DNA of 62,199 nucleotides, filler included. It is 7 parts of 7 records of this genome, joined end to end, with 100 filler letters (N's around TTAATTAATTAA, not from the genome) between each part and the next. Parts side by side here need not be neighbours in the genome. Positions count along the whole stretch, not along the records: positions 16,783 to 32,572 come from SRR2962707_2267; 6 more parts are not named here. One strand, 5' to 3'. Position numbers and translations under genes: made by a program. Below the pieces are notes generated by a model. It did not search any database. It was not told the DNA's origin and worked only from the letters and a program-made list of their open reading frames with translations. This document shows positions 20,823 through 30,589 of this stretch, piece after piece. The stretch's first letter is position 1; every line of letters begins with the position of its first letter.

Positions 20823-21397
20823 GCCCGCAGCATACGCGCGGTTGCACCCCAAATGTAATAGGGGCCGTAGGGAACAACGTAATAATGCCGCTGTTGTCCA
20901 CGCCAGCGGCGCGATTGCACCAGATAATTATCGGCATTCAACACATGGCCTAGCGGAACGGTAAACACTTCCTCGACCTCGCCGGGTTCGGGAATGATGT
21001 CAAAAACGTCTCTAACAAGGCCAACAACCGGGGTCACATGAAAGCTGGTGACGGTTTCATGGGCCGGGAGGGTTCCCAAAACCTCGACCAGCTCGGTCGG
21101 CAGCCCGATCTCTTCGCGGGCTTCGCGCAGGGCGGCGGCAATCACATCGGCATCGCCATCGTCCTGCTTGCCGCCCGGAAACGCGATTTGCCCCGGGTGA
21201 TGCTTCAAAGCTGAAGACCGCTTGGTCAGGATCAGTTCGAACTGTCCGTTTTTCTCAATGATCGGTGCAAGCACGCCAGCAGGCCGCAATTTGCGATCTT
21301 CCGGCAGCAACACACCCTTGTTCAAATCAAAATCGGACGACATGACACCGGTTTGCGCCAGCGCCGTCCGAAAACTGCTTATCTGGTCACTCAGCAC
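20801..21397 (-). CDS. CoA pyrophosphatase (NudL-like NUDIX)
   Basis: LTKRSSALKHHPGQIAFPGG..AALREAREEIG and IWGATA motifs. Start codon uncertain (GTG 21397). Confidence 0.9.
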   Translation of the reverse strand: MLSDQISSFRTALAQTGVMSSDFDLNKGVLLPEDRKLRPAGVLAPIIEKNGQFELILTKRSSALKHHPGQIAFPGGKQDDGDADVIAAALREAREEIGLPTELVEVLGTLPAHETVTSFHVTPVVGLVRDVFDIIPEPGEVEEVFTVPLGHVLNADNYLVQSRRWRGQQRHYYVVPYGPYYIWGATARMLRAWCERMT

Positions 21398-22373
21398 GGG
21401 CGGATTCGGCGTCAAACCCGACTGTTTTTGGATCCAGATCGTAATGGGCGCTACAGAACTGGCAATCCGCGGTGACGCGCCCGTCTTCGGTTGTCATCTT
21501 TTCGATGTCTTTGGCCGAATAAATCGACAGACTTTGGCGCACGCGATCTTCTGAACAGGAACACCCGAAACGGACCGCCTGCGCATCATAGACACGCGGC
21601 GTTTCCTCGTGGAACAGACGCAACAACAGATCCGTGGGCGGCAAGCTCGGGCCGATCAGCTCCAGCTCGTCAACCGTATCCAGCAGAACATTGGCACGCC
21701 GCCAGTTCTCGCCTTCTTCGCCGTCAACCAGATCATCGGGCGTCAGGATTTCACCTGTACCTTCGGTTTTGGCGGCAAATGGCGATGCTTTGGGCATGTG
21801 TTGCAACATCACGCCGCCGGCGCGCCAATGCTCGGCCTCGCCCGGCATAGACGATTTACCAAAGCTCAGCTGAAACCGCGTTGGCAGCTGTTCGGATTGC
21901 GCAAAATATGCTTCGGCACAGGCCGACAGCGACCCGCCCGCAAGCGGCGTGATCCCTTGATAGGGTGTCATTCCTTGGCCTTGGTCGATCATGACGGCAA
22001 AATAACCCTTGCCGACCTGATCAAACGCAGGCGCGTCGGTGATGCGATCCGCATCAAAGCTGGCATAGGCGCGAATACGGGCCGGGGCACCTTCCTCGGT
22101 CGGGCCATAATAATCGACGGCAATCATGCGCACGGGGCCATCTGACTGGACCTGCAACTGCAATTTCCAACGCAGCTTGATCGTTTGACCGATCAACGCG
22201 GCCAGCAACGCCATCTCGGCGACCAAAGCTTCAACCTTCTCAGGATAGTCGTGCTGACGTAAAATCCCCTCGAGGACGCCATCCAAACGGGCCACACGGC
22301 CCCGGATGTCGGACGCATCGAGTTGAAAGGGTAGGACGGTGTCATCCCACGCGATTTTATTTCCTTGGTTCAT
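21387..22373 (-). CDS. hslO: Hsp33 redox-regulated chaperone
   Basis: RGRVARL, YQGITPL and YFAQSEQLPT motifs, plus zinc centre CSCS..CQFC. Start placed at MNQGNKIAWDD. Confidence 0.93.
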   Translation of the reverse strand: MNQGNKIAWDDTVLPFQLDASDIRGRVARLDGVLEGILRQHDYPEKVEALVAEMALLAALIGQTIKLRWKLQLQVQSDGPVRMIAVDYYGPTEEGAPARIRAYASFDADRITDAPAFDQVGKGYFAVMIDQGQGMTPYQGITPLAGGSLSACAEAYFAQSEQLPTRFQLSFGKSSMPGEAEHWRAGGVMLQHMPKASPFAAKTEGTGEILTPDDLVDGEEGENWRRANVLLDTVDELELIGPSLPPTDLLLRLFHEETPRVYDAQAVRFGCSCSEDRVRQSLSIYSAKDIEKMTTEDGRVTADCQFCSAHYDLDPKTVGFDAESARAE

Positions 22374-22450
22374 CAGACTTTCCTTACAGGCGGGCACTTG
22401 GCATACCGCGTCTATATAAGGGCAACAAGCCACACGAAAAGGGGTGTTAT

Positions 22451-22897
22451 ATGATGCGAAGATTCGGCGCGCCGCCATTGGCTGGAAAAAACTATACAAT
22501 TCGACCCGGTGCATACGCGATTTTGCCATTGAAAAACAGGTTCTTGATGACGGCGCAAATGTCGCCCCAAGTCGATGTACAGCTGCCCGGCGGCGGTATT
22601 GATCCCGGCGAATCCCCCCTACAGACACTTCACCGAGAGGTGATGGAGGAGATCGGCTGGTCGATCGCGTACCCCCGGCGGTTGGGCGCATTCAGACGGT
22701 TTGTTTATATGCCGGAATATGATCTTTGGGCCGAAAAACTGTGCCATGTCTATGTTGCACATCCGATCCGCCAAATCGCTGATCCGATTGAGCCTGATCA
22801 CACGACAGTTGTGCTGTCTGCCGATGAATCCCTGGCCGTATTGGGCAACGACGGTGACCGGTTATTTTTACAGCAATACTGCGCTAACGCCCTGTAA
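22451..22897 (+). CDS. NUDIX hydrolase
   Basis: Nudix box LPGGGIDPGESPLQTLHREVMEEIG. Confidence 0.88.
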   Translation: MMRRFGAPPLAGKNYTIRPGAYAILPLKNRFLMTAQMSPQVDVQLPGGGIDPGESPLQTLHREVMEEIGWSIAYPRRLGAFRRFVYMPEYDLWAEKLCHVYVAHPIRQIADPIEPDHTTVVLSADESLAVLGNDGDRLFLQQYCANAL

Positions 22898-24146
22898 ATT
22901 CGAATAATATGCCGGACACATCGTCGGGAAACTCATCATGACCCGAAAACTCTGACAACTTCCACAAGATCGCCTCGAGCAAGGGGGGGCCTGACACATC
23001 GCGCAGCGAAAAGAGCATTTTTGCAAGGCCCTCTTCCTCCATCATGGTGCCGTCAGGATCGGGGCATTCGGTTACCCCATCCGACAAGACCAACAACCGG
23101 TCGCCGGGCGATAAAGTTACCTCGAATTTTTCATATTTAACCTTGGCCATCAGTCCAACAGGGAAACCGCCAGGCCCATTTTGTTCAATTTCGCCATTGC
23201 GTCGCTGTACAACGGGGTAAGGGTGCCCCGCCTGACACATCAAAACATGGCCCGACTTCAAATCAACCTCTGCCAAAAGCAGCGTAAAATAATGTTCGGT
23301 TTCCATCTCGCTCAACACCAGATCGTTTAGTTCGGAAACGACCTCTTCAGGGGAACGCATCGTATATGCCCCATCGCTATCGCGGCTTAGGGCGATATTC
23401 TGGTCAGGAACGGCGGCAGATAAATACCCAGCCAAACGCGCCGTCATAAGCGCAGAGCTGATCCCATGGCCCGAAACATCAATGCCAAAAAGCCCCAGTT
23501 TTGTATCGTTAACCGGAAAGAAACCCACAAGATCCCCGCCCACATGACCGCTGGATCGCAGCAACAATGACAGCTTTCCGCCGTCAAAATCGCGGGTACG
23601 TTCGCGCACCAGCGATTGCTGCAGTTTCTTTGCCTCGATCAAATCCTTATCCAGCAGGTCATAAACGCGCTGCAATTCATCCAATGTATGGGTAATAATC
23701 AGGTTTTTATCCGTCAGCTGTCGCTGCATTTCCAAAATACGTTCGCCTGCCGCAATCCGGGCGCGCAGCTCGTGCACATCGACCGGTTTACTAAGAAAAT
23801 CATCGGCCCCACTGTCCAAGCCCTTGGCGACTTCGGCCTTTTCACTTTTCGAGGTCAGCAAGATAAAATAGCCGTATTGCGTTTCGGATAACGCACGGAA
23901 TTCTCGGCAAAATTCAAGGCCAGACATCCCTGGCATCACCCAATCGCTAAGCACGAGATCGGGAAGCCGGTCTTTGCACTTTTCGATGGCTTCGGGTCCC
24001 GATGCGGCCTCGACCACCGAAAAGCCCCATTTTTTCAATGACGCCCCCAGAATACGGCGCTGCAACTTGCTATCGTCCACCACCATCGCAAGCTGCATGA
24101 CGCCATCGCGCTGCGGCTGTTCTGAAATTTGTGGGTTATGGTGCAT
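22884..24146 (-). CDS. Response regulator receiver fused to a PP2C/SpoIIE phosphatase
   Basis: Receiver motifs VVDDS, DWVMP and KP; SpoIIE motifs GGD, DVSGHG, QAGHP, SDGVTE and DDVS. Confidence 0.92.
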   Translation of the reverse strand: MHHNPQISEQPQRDGVMQLAMVVDDSKLQRRILGASLKKWGFSVVEAASGPEAIEKCKDRLPDLVLSDWVMPGMSGLEFCREFRALSETQYGYFILLTSKSEKAEVAKGLDSGADDFLSKPVDVHELRARIAAGERILEMQRQLTDKNLIITHTLDELQRVYDLLDKDLIEAKKLQQSLVRERTRDFDGGKLSLLLRSSGHVGGDLVGFFPVNDTKLGLFGIDVSGHGISSALMTARLAGYLSAAVPDQNIALSRDSDGAYTMRSPEEVVSELNDLVLSEMETEHYFTLLLAEVDLKSGHVLMCQAGHPYPVVQRRNGEIEQNGPGGFPVGLMAKVKYEKFEVTLSPGDRLLVLSDGVTECPDPDGTMMEEEGLAKMLFSLRDVSGPPLLEAILWKLSEFSGHDEFPDDVSGILFEFTGR

Positions 24147-24298
24147 TAAAAATCGACCAATCAGAGGTTTGAAAGCACCGCACTACCGCACAGCTGTTTA
24201 ACAGCCCATGAAACCTAAAACTTGAACAAACAATCGCCGTTGGGCCACCTCCCGTTAATCCCCATCCTTTATCGTGATAAACGAAAGGAAGCTTCACC

Positions 24299-24631
24299 AT
24301 GATCGACTGGGCACAGGTCAACACCTTGCGTGATGACGTTGGAAAAGATGACTTTGCTGAAATCATCGACATTTTTATCGATGAGGTGGAGGACGTTATT
24401 GAAAAGCTGCGCAATGTGCCGGACCTGAACACGCTGGGCGACGATTTGCATTTTCTCAAGGGCAGCGCGCTGAACCTCGGGTTCTCGGCCTTTTCTGAAC
24501 AATGCCAACTGGGCGAGACGAATTCAGCCGCGGGGCATGCCGATCAGGTCGACATTTCCGCGATTATTGCTGCCTATGATTCATCGAAAACAAAATTCAT
24601 TGCCGAAATGCCCGACGCGCTGAACCCATGA
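24299..24631 (+). CDS. Hpt (histidine phosphotransfer) protein
   Basis: LHFLKGSALNLG motif. Confidence 0.9.
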   Translation: MIDWAQVNTLRDDVGKDDFAEIIDIFIDEVEDVIEKLRNVPDLNTLGDDLHFLKGSALNLGFSAFSEQCQLGETNSAAGHADQVDISAIIAAYDSSKTKFIAEMPDALNP

Positions 24632-24632
24632 A

Positions 24633-25865
24633 TCACAGTACAAACTGGGCCAGCGTTTCGTCATTAGTAATGTCGGTATAGGTAAATCCCGCGTCTTTCA
24701 GCTGGGACAGGAATGGGCCAAAACTGTCCGGGCTGCGGGTTTCGATCCCTATCAGAACCGAGCCAAAGTTACGGGCCGATTTCTTGAGGTATTCAAACCG
24801 GCAGATATCATCATCAGGCCCAAGGATGTTCAAGAACTCCTTTAGCGCACCGGGGCGCTGCGGCATGCGCAGGATGAAGTACTTTTTCACGCCAGAATAA
24901 CGCTGGGCACGTTCCTTAACCTCGGGCAGGCGTTCGAAATCAAAATTGCCACCAGACGCGACGCAAACAACGGTTTTGCCTTTGATTTGATCCGCGACAT
25001 CGCCCAGCGCCTCGATCGACAGGGCACCGGCTGGTTCCAGCACGATCCCTTCGACATTCAGCATTTCGATGATGGTCACACAAATGCGGTCTTCTGCCAG
25101 ATTTATCACGTTTGCCGGATCGACCCCCTTGAGGCGGTCAAAATTCCGCTGCCCGATCTTGGCCACGGCGGCACCGTCTACAAAGCTGTTGATCGGCGAA
25201 ATATCGACAGGCTCCCCTTTTGCCAACGCGCCGGCCAGACTTGGCGCGCCTTTGGGTTCGACAAAGGTGTAATCGCAGGATTTCCCGAAATAGCTGTAAA
25301 TGCCCGACGATAACCCGCCGCCCCCAACAGGCAAAATCACGCGATCGGGGACGCGGCCTAACTGCTGCTCAATCTCGACCGCAACAGACGCCTGGCCTTC
25401 GATCACATCATCATCATCGAAAGGCGACAGAAAATGCGCCCCTTCGCTGGCACAAAAATCCTGCGCCGCCGACAGGGTTTTGTCGAAATAGTCGCCCACC
25501 AGCCGCACCTCGATCTGGGCACCGCCAAACATCTTGGTTTTCTGAATTTTCTGCTGCGGCGTGGTCACCGGCATGAAAATCACACCTTTTACCCCGAAAT
25601 AGCTGCACATAAACGCGACGCCCTGCGCGTGATTGCCCGCACTTGCACACACAAACAGCGATTGCTCCGGGATAACCTTGCGCATCGCATTGAACGCACC
25701 GCGCAGCTTGTAGGACCGAACGGGGCTCAGGTCTTCACGCTTGAGCCATATGTCGGCCTCAAACTTTTCTGACAGATGTTCGTTGCGCATCAGCGGTGTC
25801 GGGGGGAACACATCGCGCATCGCTTTGGTCGCATTTTGCGCCAAGATCTTGAAATTATCGGTCAT
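24633..25865 (-). CDS. ilvA: Threonine ammonia-lyase (biosynthetic, short form)
   Basis: REDLSPVRSYKLRGA, ASAGNHAQG, VGGGGL and EPAGAL motifs, with ACT-like PQRPGAL. GAGG RBS precedes ATG 25865. Confidence 0.94.
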   Translation of the reverse strand: MTDNFKILAQNATKAMRDVFPPTPLMRNEHLSEKFEADIWLKREDLSPVRSYKLRGAFNAMRKVIPEQSLFVCASAGNHAQGVAFMCSYFGVKGVIFMPVTTPQQKIQKTKMFGGAQIEVRLVGDYFDKTLSAAQDFCASEGAHFLSPFDDDDVIEGQASVAVEIEQQLGRVPDRVILPVGGGGLSSGIYSYFGKSCDYTFVEPKGAPSLAGALAKGEPVDISPINSFVDGAAVAKIGQRNFDRLKGVDPANVINLAEDRICVTIIEMLNVEGIVLEPAGALSIEALGDVADQIKGKTVVCVASGGNFDFERLPEVKERAQRYSGVKKYFILRMPQRPGALKEFLNILGPDDDICRFEYLKKSARNFGSVLIGIETRSPDSFGPFLSQLKDAGFTYTDITNDETLAQFVL

Positions 25866-25989
25866 CAACGGCCTCATAAGGTGGATATCCTTCGATACGA
25901 CCCCAAACCGGGGCGGTCAACGCAGCCTTCAATCTTGCTCACGCCTGTAAAACCCGATACCTCGCGATGCAAACCGCAAAGGAAATAAC

Positions 25990-27210
25990 ATGTCCGCGCC
26001 CAAAAAAGTTGTGCTCGCCTATTCCGGTGGGCTTGATACGTCGATCATCCTGAAATGGCTGCAAACCGAATACGGTTGCGAGGTGGTGACATTTACCGCC
26101 GATCTTGGCCAAGGCGAAGAGCTGGAGCCAGCCCGCGCCAAAGCCGAAATGATGGGTGCCTCCGAGATTTATATCGAAGATGTTCGCGAAGAATTCGTGC
26201 GCGATTTCGTTTTCCCGATGTTCCGCGCCAACGCGTTGTACGAAGGGCTGTATCTGCTGGGCACATCCATCGCGCGGCCGCTGATTTCCAAGCGTCTGGT
26301 TGAAATTGCTGCCGAAACCGGTGCCGATGCTGTCGCCCACGGTGCGACCGGCAAGGGCAACGATCAGGTTCGTTTCGAACTGGCCGCCTATGCGTTGAAC
26401 CCCGACATCAAAGTGATCGCACCTTGGCGCGAATGGGATCTGACCAGCCGCACCAAACTGCTTGAATTCGCTGAGAAAAACCAAATTCCCGTTGCCAAAG
26501 ACAAACGTGGCGAAGCACCGTTCAGCGTTGATGCGAACCTGCTGCACACGTCATCCGAAGGCAAAGTGCTGGAAGACCCCGCAATTGATGCGCCAGAATA
26601 CGTCTATCAGCGCACCGTCGCACCGGAAGACGCGCCAGACACGCCCGAATACGTCGAGATCGGATTTGAAGCAGGCGACGCCGTCAGCATCAATGGCGAA
26701 GCAATGTCCCCCGCCACGATCCTGACCAAGCTGAACGAACTGGGCGGCAAACACGGCTGTGGCCGTCTTGATCTGGTCGAAGGTCGTTTTGTCGGGATGA
26801 AATCGCGCGGGATTTACGAGACCCCCGGCGGCACATTGCTGCTTGAAGCACACCGCGGAATCGAATCGATCACGCTGGACCGTGGCGCTATGCACCTGAA
26901 AGACGAATTGATGCCGCGCTATGCCGAACTGATCTATAACGGTTTCTGGTTCAGCCCCGAACGCACCATGTTGCAGGCCGCAATCGACGCGTCACAAACC
27001 CACGTCACCGGCACCGTGCGCCTGAAACTGTACAAGGGTCACGTGCGCACTGTTGGCCGTTGGTCTGATCATTCGCTCTATTCCGAAGCGCATGTGACGT
27101 TCGAAGACGACGCTGGCGCCTATGATCAAAAAGACGCCGCCGGCTTTATTCAGCTGAATGCCCTGCGTCTGAAGCTGCTGGCAGCCCGTGACAAACGCCT
27201 GAAAAGCTAA
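25990..27210 (+). CDS. argG: Argininosuccinate synthase
   Basis: [24 protein letters not shown] and [11 protein letters not shown] motifs. Confidence 0.97.
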   Translation: MSAPKKVVLAYSGGLDTSIILKWLQTEYGCEVVTFTADLGQGEELEPARAKAEMMGASEIYIEDVREEFVRDFVFPMFRANALYEGLYLLGTSIARPLISKRLVEIAAETGADAVAHGATGKGNDQVRFELAAYALNPDIKVIAPWREWDLTSRTKLLEFAEKNQIPVAKDKRGEAPFSVDANLLHTSSEGKVLEDPAIDAPEYVYQRTVAPEDAPDTPEYVEIGFEAGDAVSINGEAMSPATILTKLNELGGKHGCGRLDLVEGRFVGMKSRGIYETPGGTLLLEAHRGIESITLDRGAMHLKDELMPRYAELIYNGFWFSPERTMLQAAIDASQTHVTGTVRLKLYKGHVRTVGRWSDHSLYSEAHVTFEDDAGAYDQKDAAGFIQLNALRLKLLAARDKRLKS

Positions 27211-27223
27211 GCGATAAAGTTAG

Positions 27224-27266
27224 AAAAAGGGCCCGGACAGAATACTATCTGTTCGGGCCCTTTTTT
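27224..27266. terminator. Bidirectional rho-independent terminator
   Basis: AAAAAGGGCCCGGACAG-aatactat-CTGTTCGGGCCCTTTTTT between convergent genes. Confidence 0.88.
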
Positions 27267-27298
27267 GTGGGCGATCAAGGTTACAGATCGGGCAAACA

Positions 27299-27991
27299 TT
27301 ACGTAACACGTTGATTATAAAGTATCTTATAGTGAGGAAGCGCTTCCTCAAGAAGCTGCTTTTCATCCCCAGTCAGCATCGGCAGCGGCCCCTCGGCACC
27401 CGCGAACCCCGTGCTTTGATGCACCGCGCCATACCAATGCGACGCCCAAACGCCATCCTCACTCCGGGTGCCGGCCGGCCATGACAACATCGCGGGATCA
27501 AAAGGCAGATCGATCGCCCTGCACAGCTTGCGCAACATGCCCTCGGGGTCGGCGCGAATATCGGCGGAATCGATAACCAAGCCGCCAATCTGATCATAAA
27601 GCGCGGTCTGCTGGCCAAATCCAATATCCGCAAAACTGGGTGCCTCGCGTTTCGCGGCATAGCTGGCAATCACGCGGGCCGGATGCCGGATCAGGTGAAT
27701 ATTCACGCAATCCTTGGCCCAGTCCATCGGAAACCCGTCCAGCATGTGATGGGACATATGTTTCATATAGATATGCGGGCTTCCCGGCTGTTGGCACAGC
27801 GCGCTCACCTTTTGCGGATCGGCTTCGTGCGCTGCCAGAATTTCGGCGCGCATCGGGTGATCCTCGCCTGTGGTGGCAAGATAGGCCGCATAAAACGGTT
27901 CATCCATTACCGAAAAGTCAGCGCGGTTGCCAAAGCTGTACATCATCGCCGTGCTTAGATTACGCGGGCCGGACCACATCGCGATACGCAT
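27299..27991 (-). CDS. Sulfotransferase-like (P-loop) protein of unknown function, coupled to an aminotransferase
   Basis: MRIAMWSGPRNLSTAMMYSF, DEPFY, KHM, LIRHP and GVWASHWY motifs. ATG overlaps the upstream TGA (TGATG). Confidence 0.8.
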   Translation of the reverse strand: MRIAMWSGPRNLSTAMMYSFGNRADFSVMDEPFYAAYLATTGEDHPMRAEILAAHEADPQKVSALCQQPGSPHIYMKHMSHHMLDGFPMDWAKDCVNIHLIRHPARVIASYAAKREAPSFADIGFGQQTALYDQIGGLVIDSADIRADPEGMLRKLCRAIDLPFDPAMLSWPAGTRSEDGVWASHWYGAVHQSTGFAGAEGPLPMLTGDEKQLLEEALPHYKILYNQRVT

Positions 27992-28899
27992 CAGGCGCAC
28001 TCCTGCTTGATCAAATCCTTATAAAGATCACGCAACCGCTGGGTCATCGGCCCCATTTCGCCCGTGCCAATTTGACGCCCATCAATGGATGCCACGGGCG
28101 TCTGCGCACCGAATGTACCGGTCAAAAACGCCTCGTCCGCGCCATACGTATCAACAAGTGAGAAATTGCGCTCAAAAACCGGAATGTCATTGGCGCGGCA
28201 CAAATCGATCACCTTTTGCCGCGTGATACCGTTCATACAATAATCCCCCGTGCTGGTCCAAACCGCCCCCTTGCGCACGATGAAAAAGTTACAGGCGTTG
28301 GTCGTGTTCACAAAACCATTGATATCCAGCATCAGCGCCTCGTCTGCGCCCGCTTTTTCAGCAGCGATACAGGCCAGAATGCAATTCAGTTTGGAATGGC
28401 TGTTCAGTTTGGGGTCTTGGGTCATCGGCAAACCACGCAGGTGGGGAACCGTCGCCAACCTGATTGGGCGCGGGATACTGGGGCGTGAATGCTCCATAAT
28501 AATCGTGATCGTCGGGCCGGATTGCGACAGTGACGGATGCTGGAAGGGGCGCGTTTTGACCCCGCGCGTGATCATCAAACGCGCATGGGCATCTGTGGTC
28601 ATCCCGTTGGATTTTTGCGTCTCTAACAGGGCGGAAATCAATGCTTCACGGGTCATTCCGATGTCGATATCAATGGCCTTTGCGGCCTCGAACAGACGAT
28701 CAAAATGTTCATCCATAAAGGCCCAGCGCCCATCGTACAGGCGCAGCCCTTCCCAGATGCCATCGCCCAACATGAACCCGCTGTCATACACGCTGACCAC
28801 CGCTTGCGCCTTGGGAACGATCTCGCCGTTCAGGTAAATCAGTATCTCATTGTTGCGCGCATCTTCTTCAGCTTGGTGTGTGGTCACGTGATCTTGCAT
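27991..28899 (-). CDS. Aminotransferase class IV (branched-chain/D-amino-acid aminotransferase-like)
   Basis: VSVYDSGFMLGDGIWEG, GITRQ and ADEAFLTGT motifs. Start at MQDHVTT with GGGGA RBS. Confidence 0.88.
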   Translation of the reverse strand: MQDHVTTHQAEEDARNNEILIYLNGEIVPKAQAVVSVYDSGFMLGDGIWEGLRLYDGRWAFMDEHFDRLFEAAKAIDIDIGMTREALISALLETQKSNGMTTDAHARLMITRGVKTRPFQHPSLSQSGPTITIIMEHSRPSIPRPIRLATVPHLRGLPMTQDPKLNSHSKLNCILACIAAEKAGADEALMLDINGFVNTTNACNFFIVRKGAVWTSTGDYCMNGITRQKVIDLCRANDIPVFERNFSLVDTYGADEAFLTGTFGAQTPVASIDGRQIGTGEMGPMTQRLRDLYKDLIKQECA

Positions 28900-29046
28900 C
28901 GTTAATCCCCTTTTCACCGCGACGCTAAGAACTTCGCCAGCCCGCGCCAAGCCTGAAATTGAATTCAACAGCGCGTGAGATGGCCAAGCTGTGTGTTGCG
29001 CAGCGCCGTGAACCAGGTCACCGTTTCCCAAAAGAGGAGACCCCCA

Positions 29047-29712
29047 ATGCGCATGTTAGCCAATTTCAAGCTAATCGCCCTGTCTGTCACCATTGGTTTG
29101 GGCCTAGTCTCCCAAAGCACCAGCGCAAAAGCCGCCGGAACCGAGACGCTTTTGGTCGCTGGCGGGTGCTTTTGGTGCGTCGAATCCGATTTCGAGAGCG
29201 TCAAAGGCGTGAAAGACGTCGTTTCCGGTTTTGCCGGTGGTTCGGTCAAGAACCCCACGTACAAGCAGGTCGTCGCAGGCGGCACCGGGCATTATGAAGC
29301 GGCGCAGATCCAATATGATCCGGCAGTGGTCAGCGCCGATCAACTGCTTGCTATGTTTTTCCGGTCGGTCGACCCGACAGATGCTGGCGGTCAGTTTTGT
29401 GATCGCGGCGACAGTTATCGCACAGCTATTTTTGCCGATGGGCCTGTCGAAAAAGCAGCCGCGCAGAAAGCCAAAGCAGATGCACAAGCCGCGTTGGGAA
29501 AAACAGTGGTGACACCGATTCTGGGTAAAGCCGCGTTTTATCCCGCCGACGATTATCACCAAAACTACTATAAAAGCAGCGAGCGGCTGGCCTTTAGCAG
29601 TGTCGGTCTGGGCGTCAAGAAATCCGAGGCCTACAAACGCTATCGCGACAGATGCGGCCGGGATCAGCGCGTGGAAAAATTATGGGGCGATGCGGCACCA
29701 TTTACGCATTAG
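29047..29712 (+). CDS. msrA: Periplasmic peptide methionine sulfoxide reductase A
   Basis: Signal peptide, AGGCFWCVE, GQFCDRG and YHQNY motifs; AGGAGA RBS. Confidence 0.92.
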   Translation: MRMLANFKLIALSVTIGLGLVSQSTSAKAAGTETLLVAGGCFWCVESDFESVKGVKDVVSGFAGGSVKNPTYKQVVAGGTGHYEAAQIQYDPAVVSADQLLAMFFRSVDPTDAGGQFCDRGDSYRTAIFADGPVEKAAAQKAKADAQAALGKTVVTPILGKAAFYPADDYHQNYYKSSERLAFSSVGLGVKKSEAYKRYRDRCGRDQRVEKLWGDAAPFTH

Positions 29713-30589
29713 GGTCATCGTCAAAATTGTGATCCTGAATTTCCTTTAGGTCCGGGATCACATCTGCCGTTCCCTGCCGCATCACCATCAATGCGGCGGC
29801 TTGCATGGCCAGGGTGATTGCGTCTGTCATGGTAAGGTGTCGATCAAGCGCCGCGATCAAATAGCCCGTAAAGGTGTCGCCGGCACCTGTCGTGTCGACC
29901 GCCTTGACCGCATAGGCAGGGAAAAACTGTTCGCTTTTCCCTGTGTTAGAGACCCATTTACAGCCGTTTTCACCCAAGGTGACAATGATATCATCGATAG
30001 GAAGCTGATCCAGCGGTTGCCCCAGCGCCTGAACCAGATCCGCCGCTTCGCCCTCGTTCAAGACCAGCAAATCGACATCATCCATCACGTCAGCGACGAC
30101 TTCTGCCTCGAACGGGGCGGCAGCATAAGCCACGCGAAGCCCTAGCGTTTTCGCGGTCCGGGCTGCAAATTCCTGACCCAGGGTTTCATTCTGCATCAGC
30201 AGGAAATCACCGGGCGACGCTTCGGACAGGGCTGCGCCGATGATCCTATCGTCAACCTCGTAGTTTGCCCCGGAAAGTAGAACGATATTATTCTCGCCAT
30301 CGTCGGCGACACAAATATTAGCGTGCCCCGTCGGCACGTTGATCATGTGTATATGCTGGGTCTCAACCCCATATTCCAACAGACGTTCAACCGCCCATTT
30401 CCCGTCAGGCCCAACCGCGCCGATATGCATGACACGGGTGCCAGCACGGGCGGCGGCGACCGACATATTGGCGCCCTTGCCACCTAAACCTTGGTTAAAA
30501 CCCTCGGCTGCGATCGTTTCGCCGGGTTTCGGCAAATGACGCAGATAATAGAAATTATCCGCGTTGATCGAGCCGAGGTTCCAGATCAT
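29702..30589 (-). CDS. rbsK: Ribokinase (PfkB family)
   Basis: GSINAD, GGKGAN, QNE and VDTTGAGDTF motifs. Confidence 0.85.
   Translation of the reverse strand: MIWNLGSINADNFYYLRHLPKPGETIAAEGFNQGLGGKGANMSVAAARAGTRVMHIGAVGPDGKWAVERLLEYGVETQHIHMINVPTGHANICVADDGENNIVLLSGANYEVDDRIIGAALSEASPGDFLLMQNETLGQEFAARTAKTLGLRVAYAAAPFEAEVVADVMDDVDLLVLNEGEAADLVQALGQPLDQLPIDDIIVTLGENGCKWVSNTGKSEQFFPAYAVKAVDTTGAGDTFTGYLIAALDRHLTMTDAITLAMQAAALMVMRQGTADVIPDLKEIQDHNFDDDPNA

Noticed and set aside
21387-22691. 434-aa extended Hsp33 overlapping the divergent NUDIX gene
   Set aside because: Homology begins at ATG 22373; the extension is an ORF-caller artefact.
25939-26547. Long antisense ORFs over argG (similarly 31795-32628 over maeB and 17821-18528 over the ABC gene)
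   Set aside because: Shadow ORFs expected from codon bias in GC-rich genes; no motifs.
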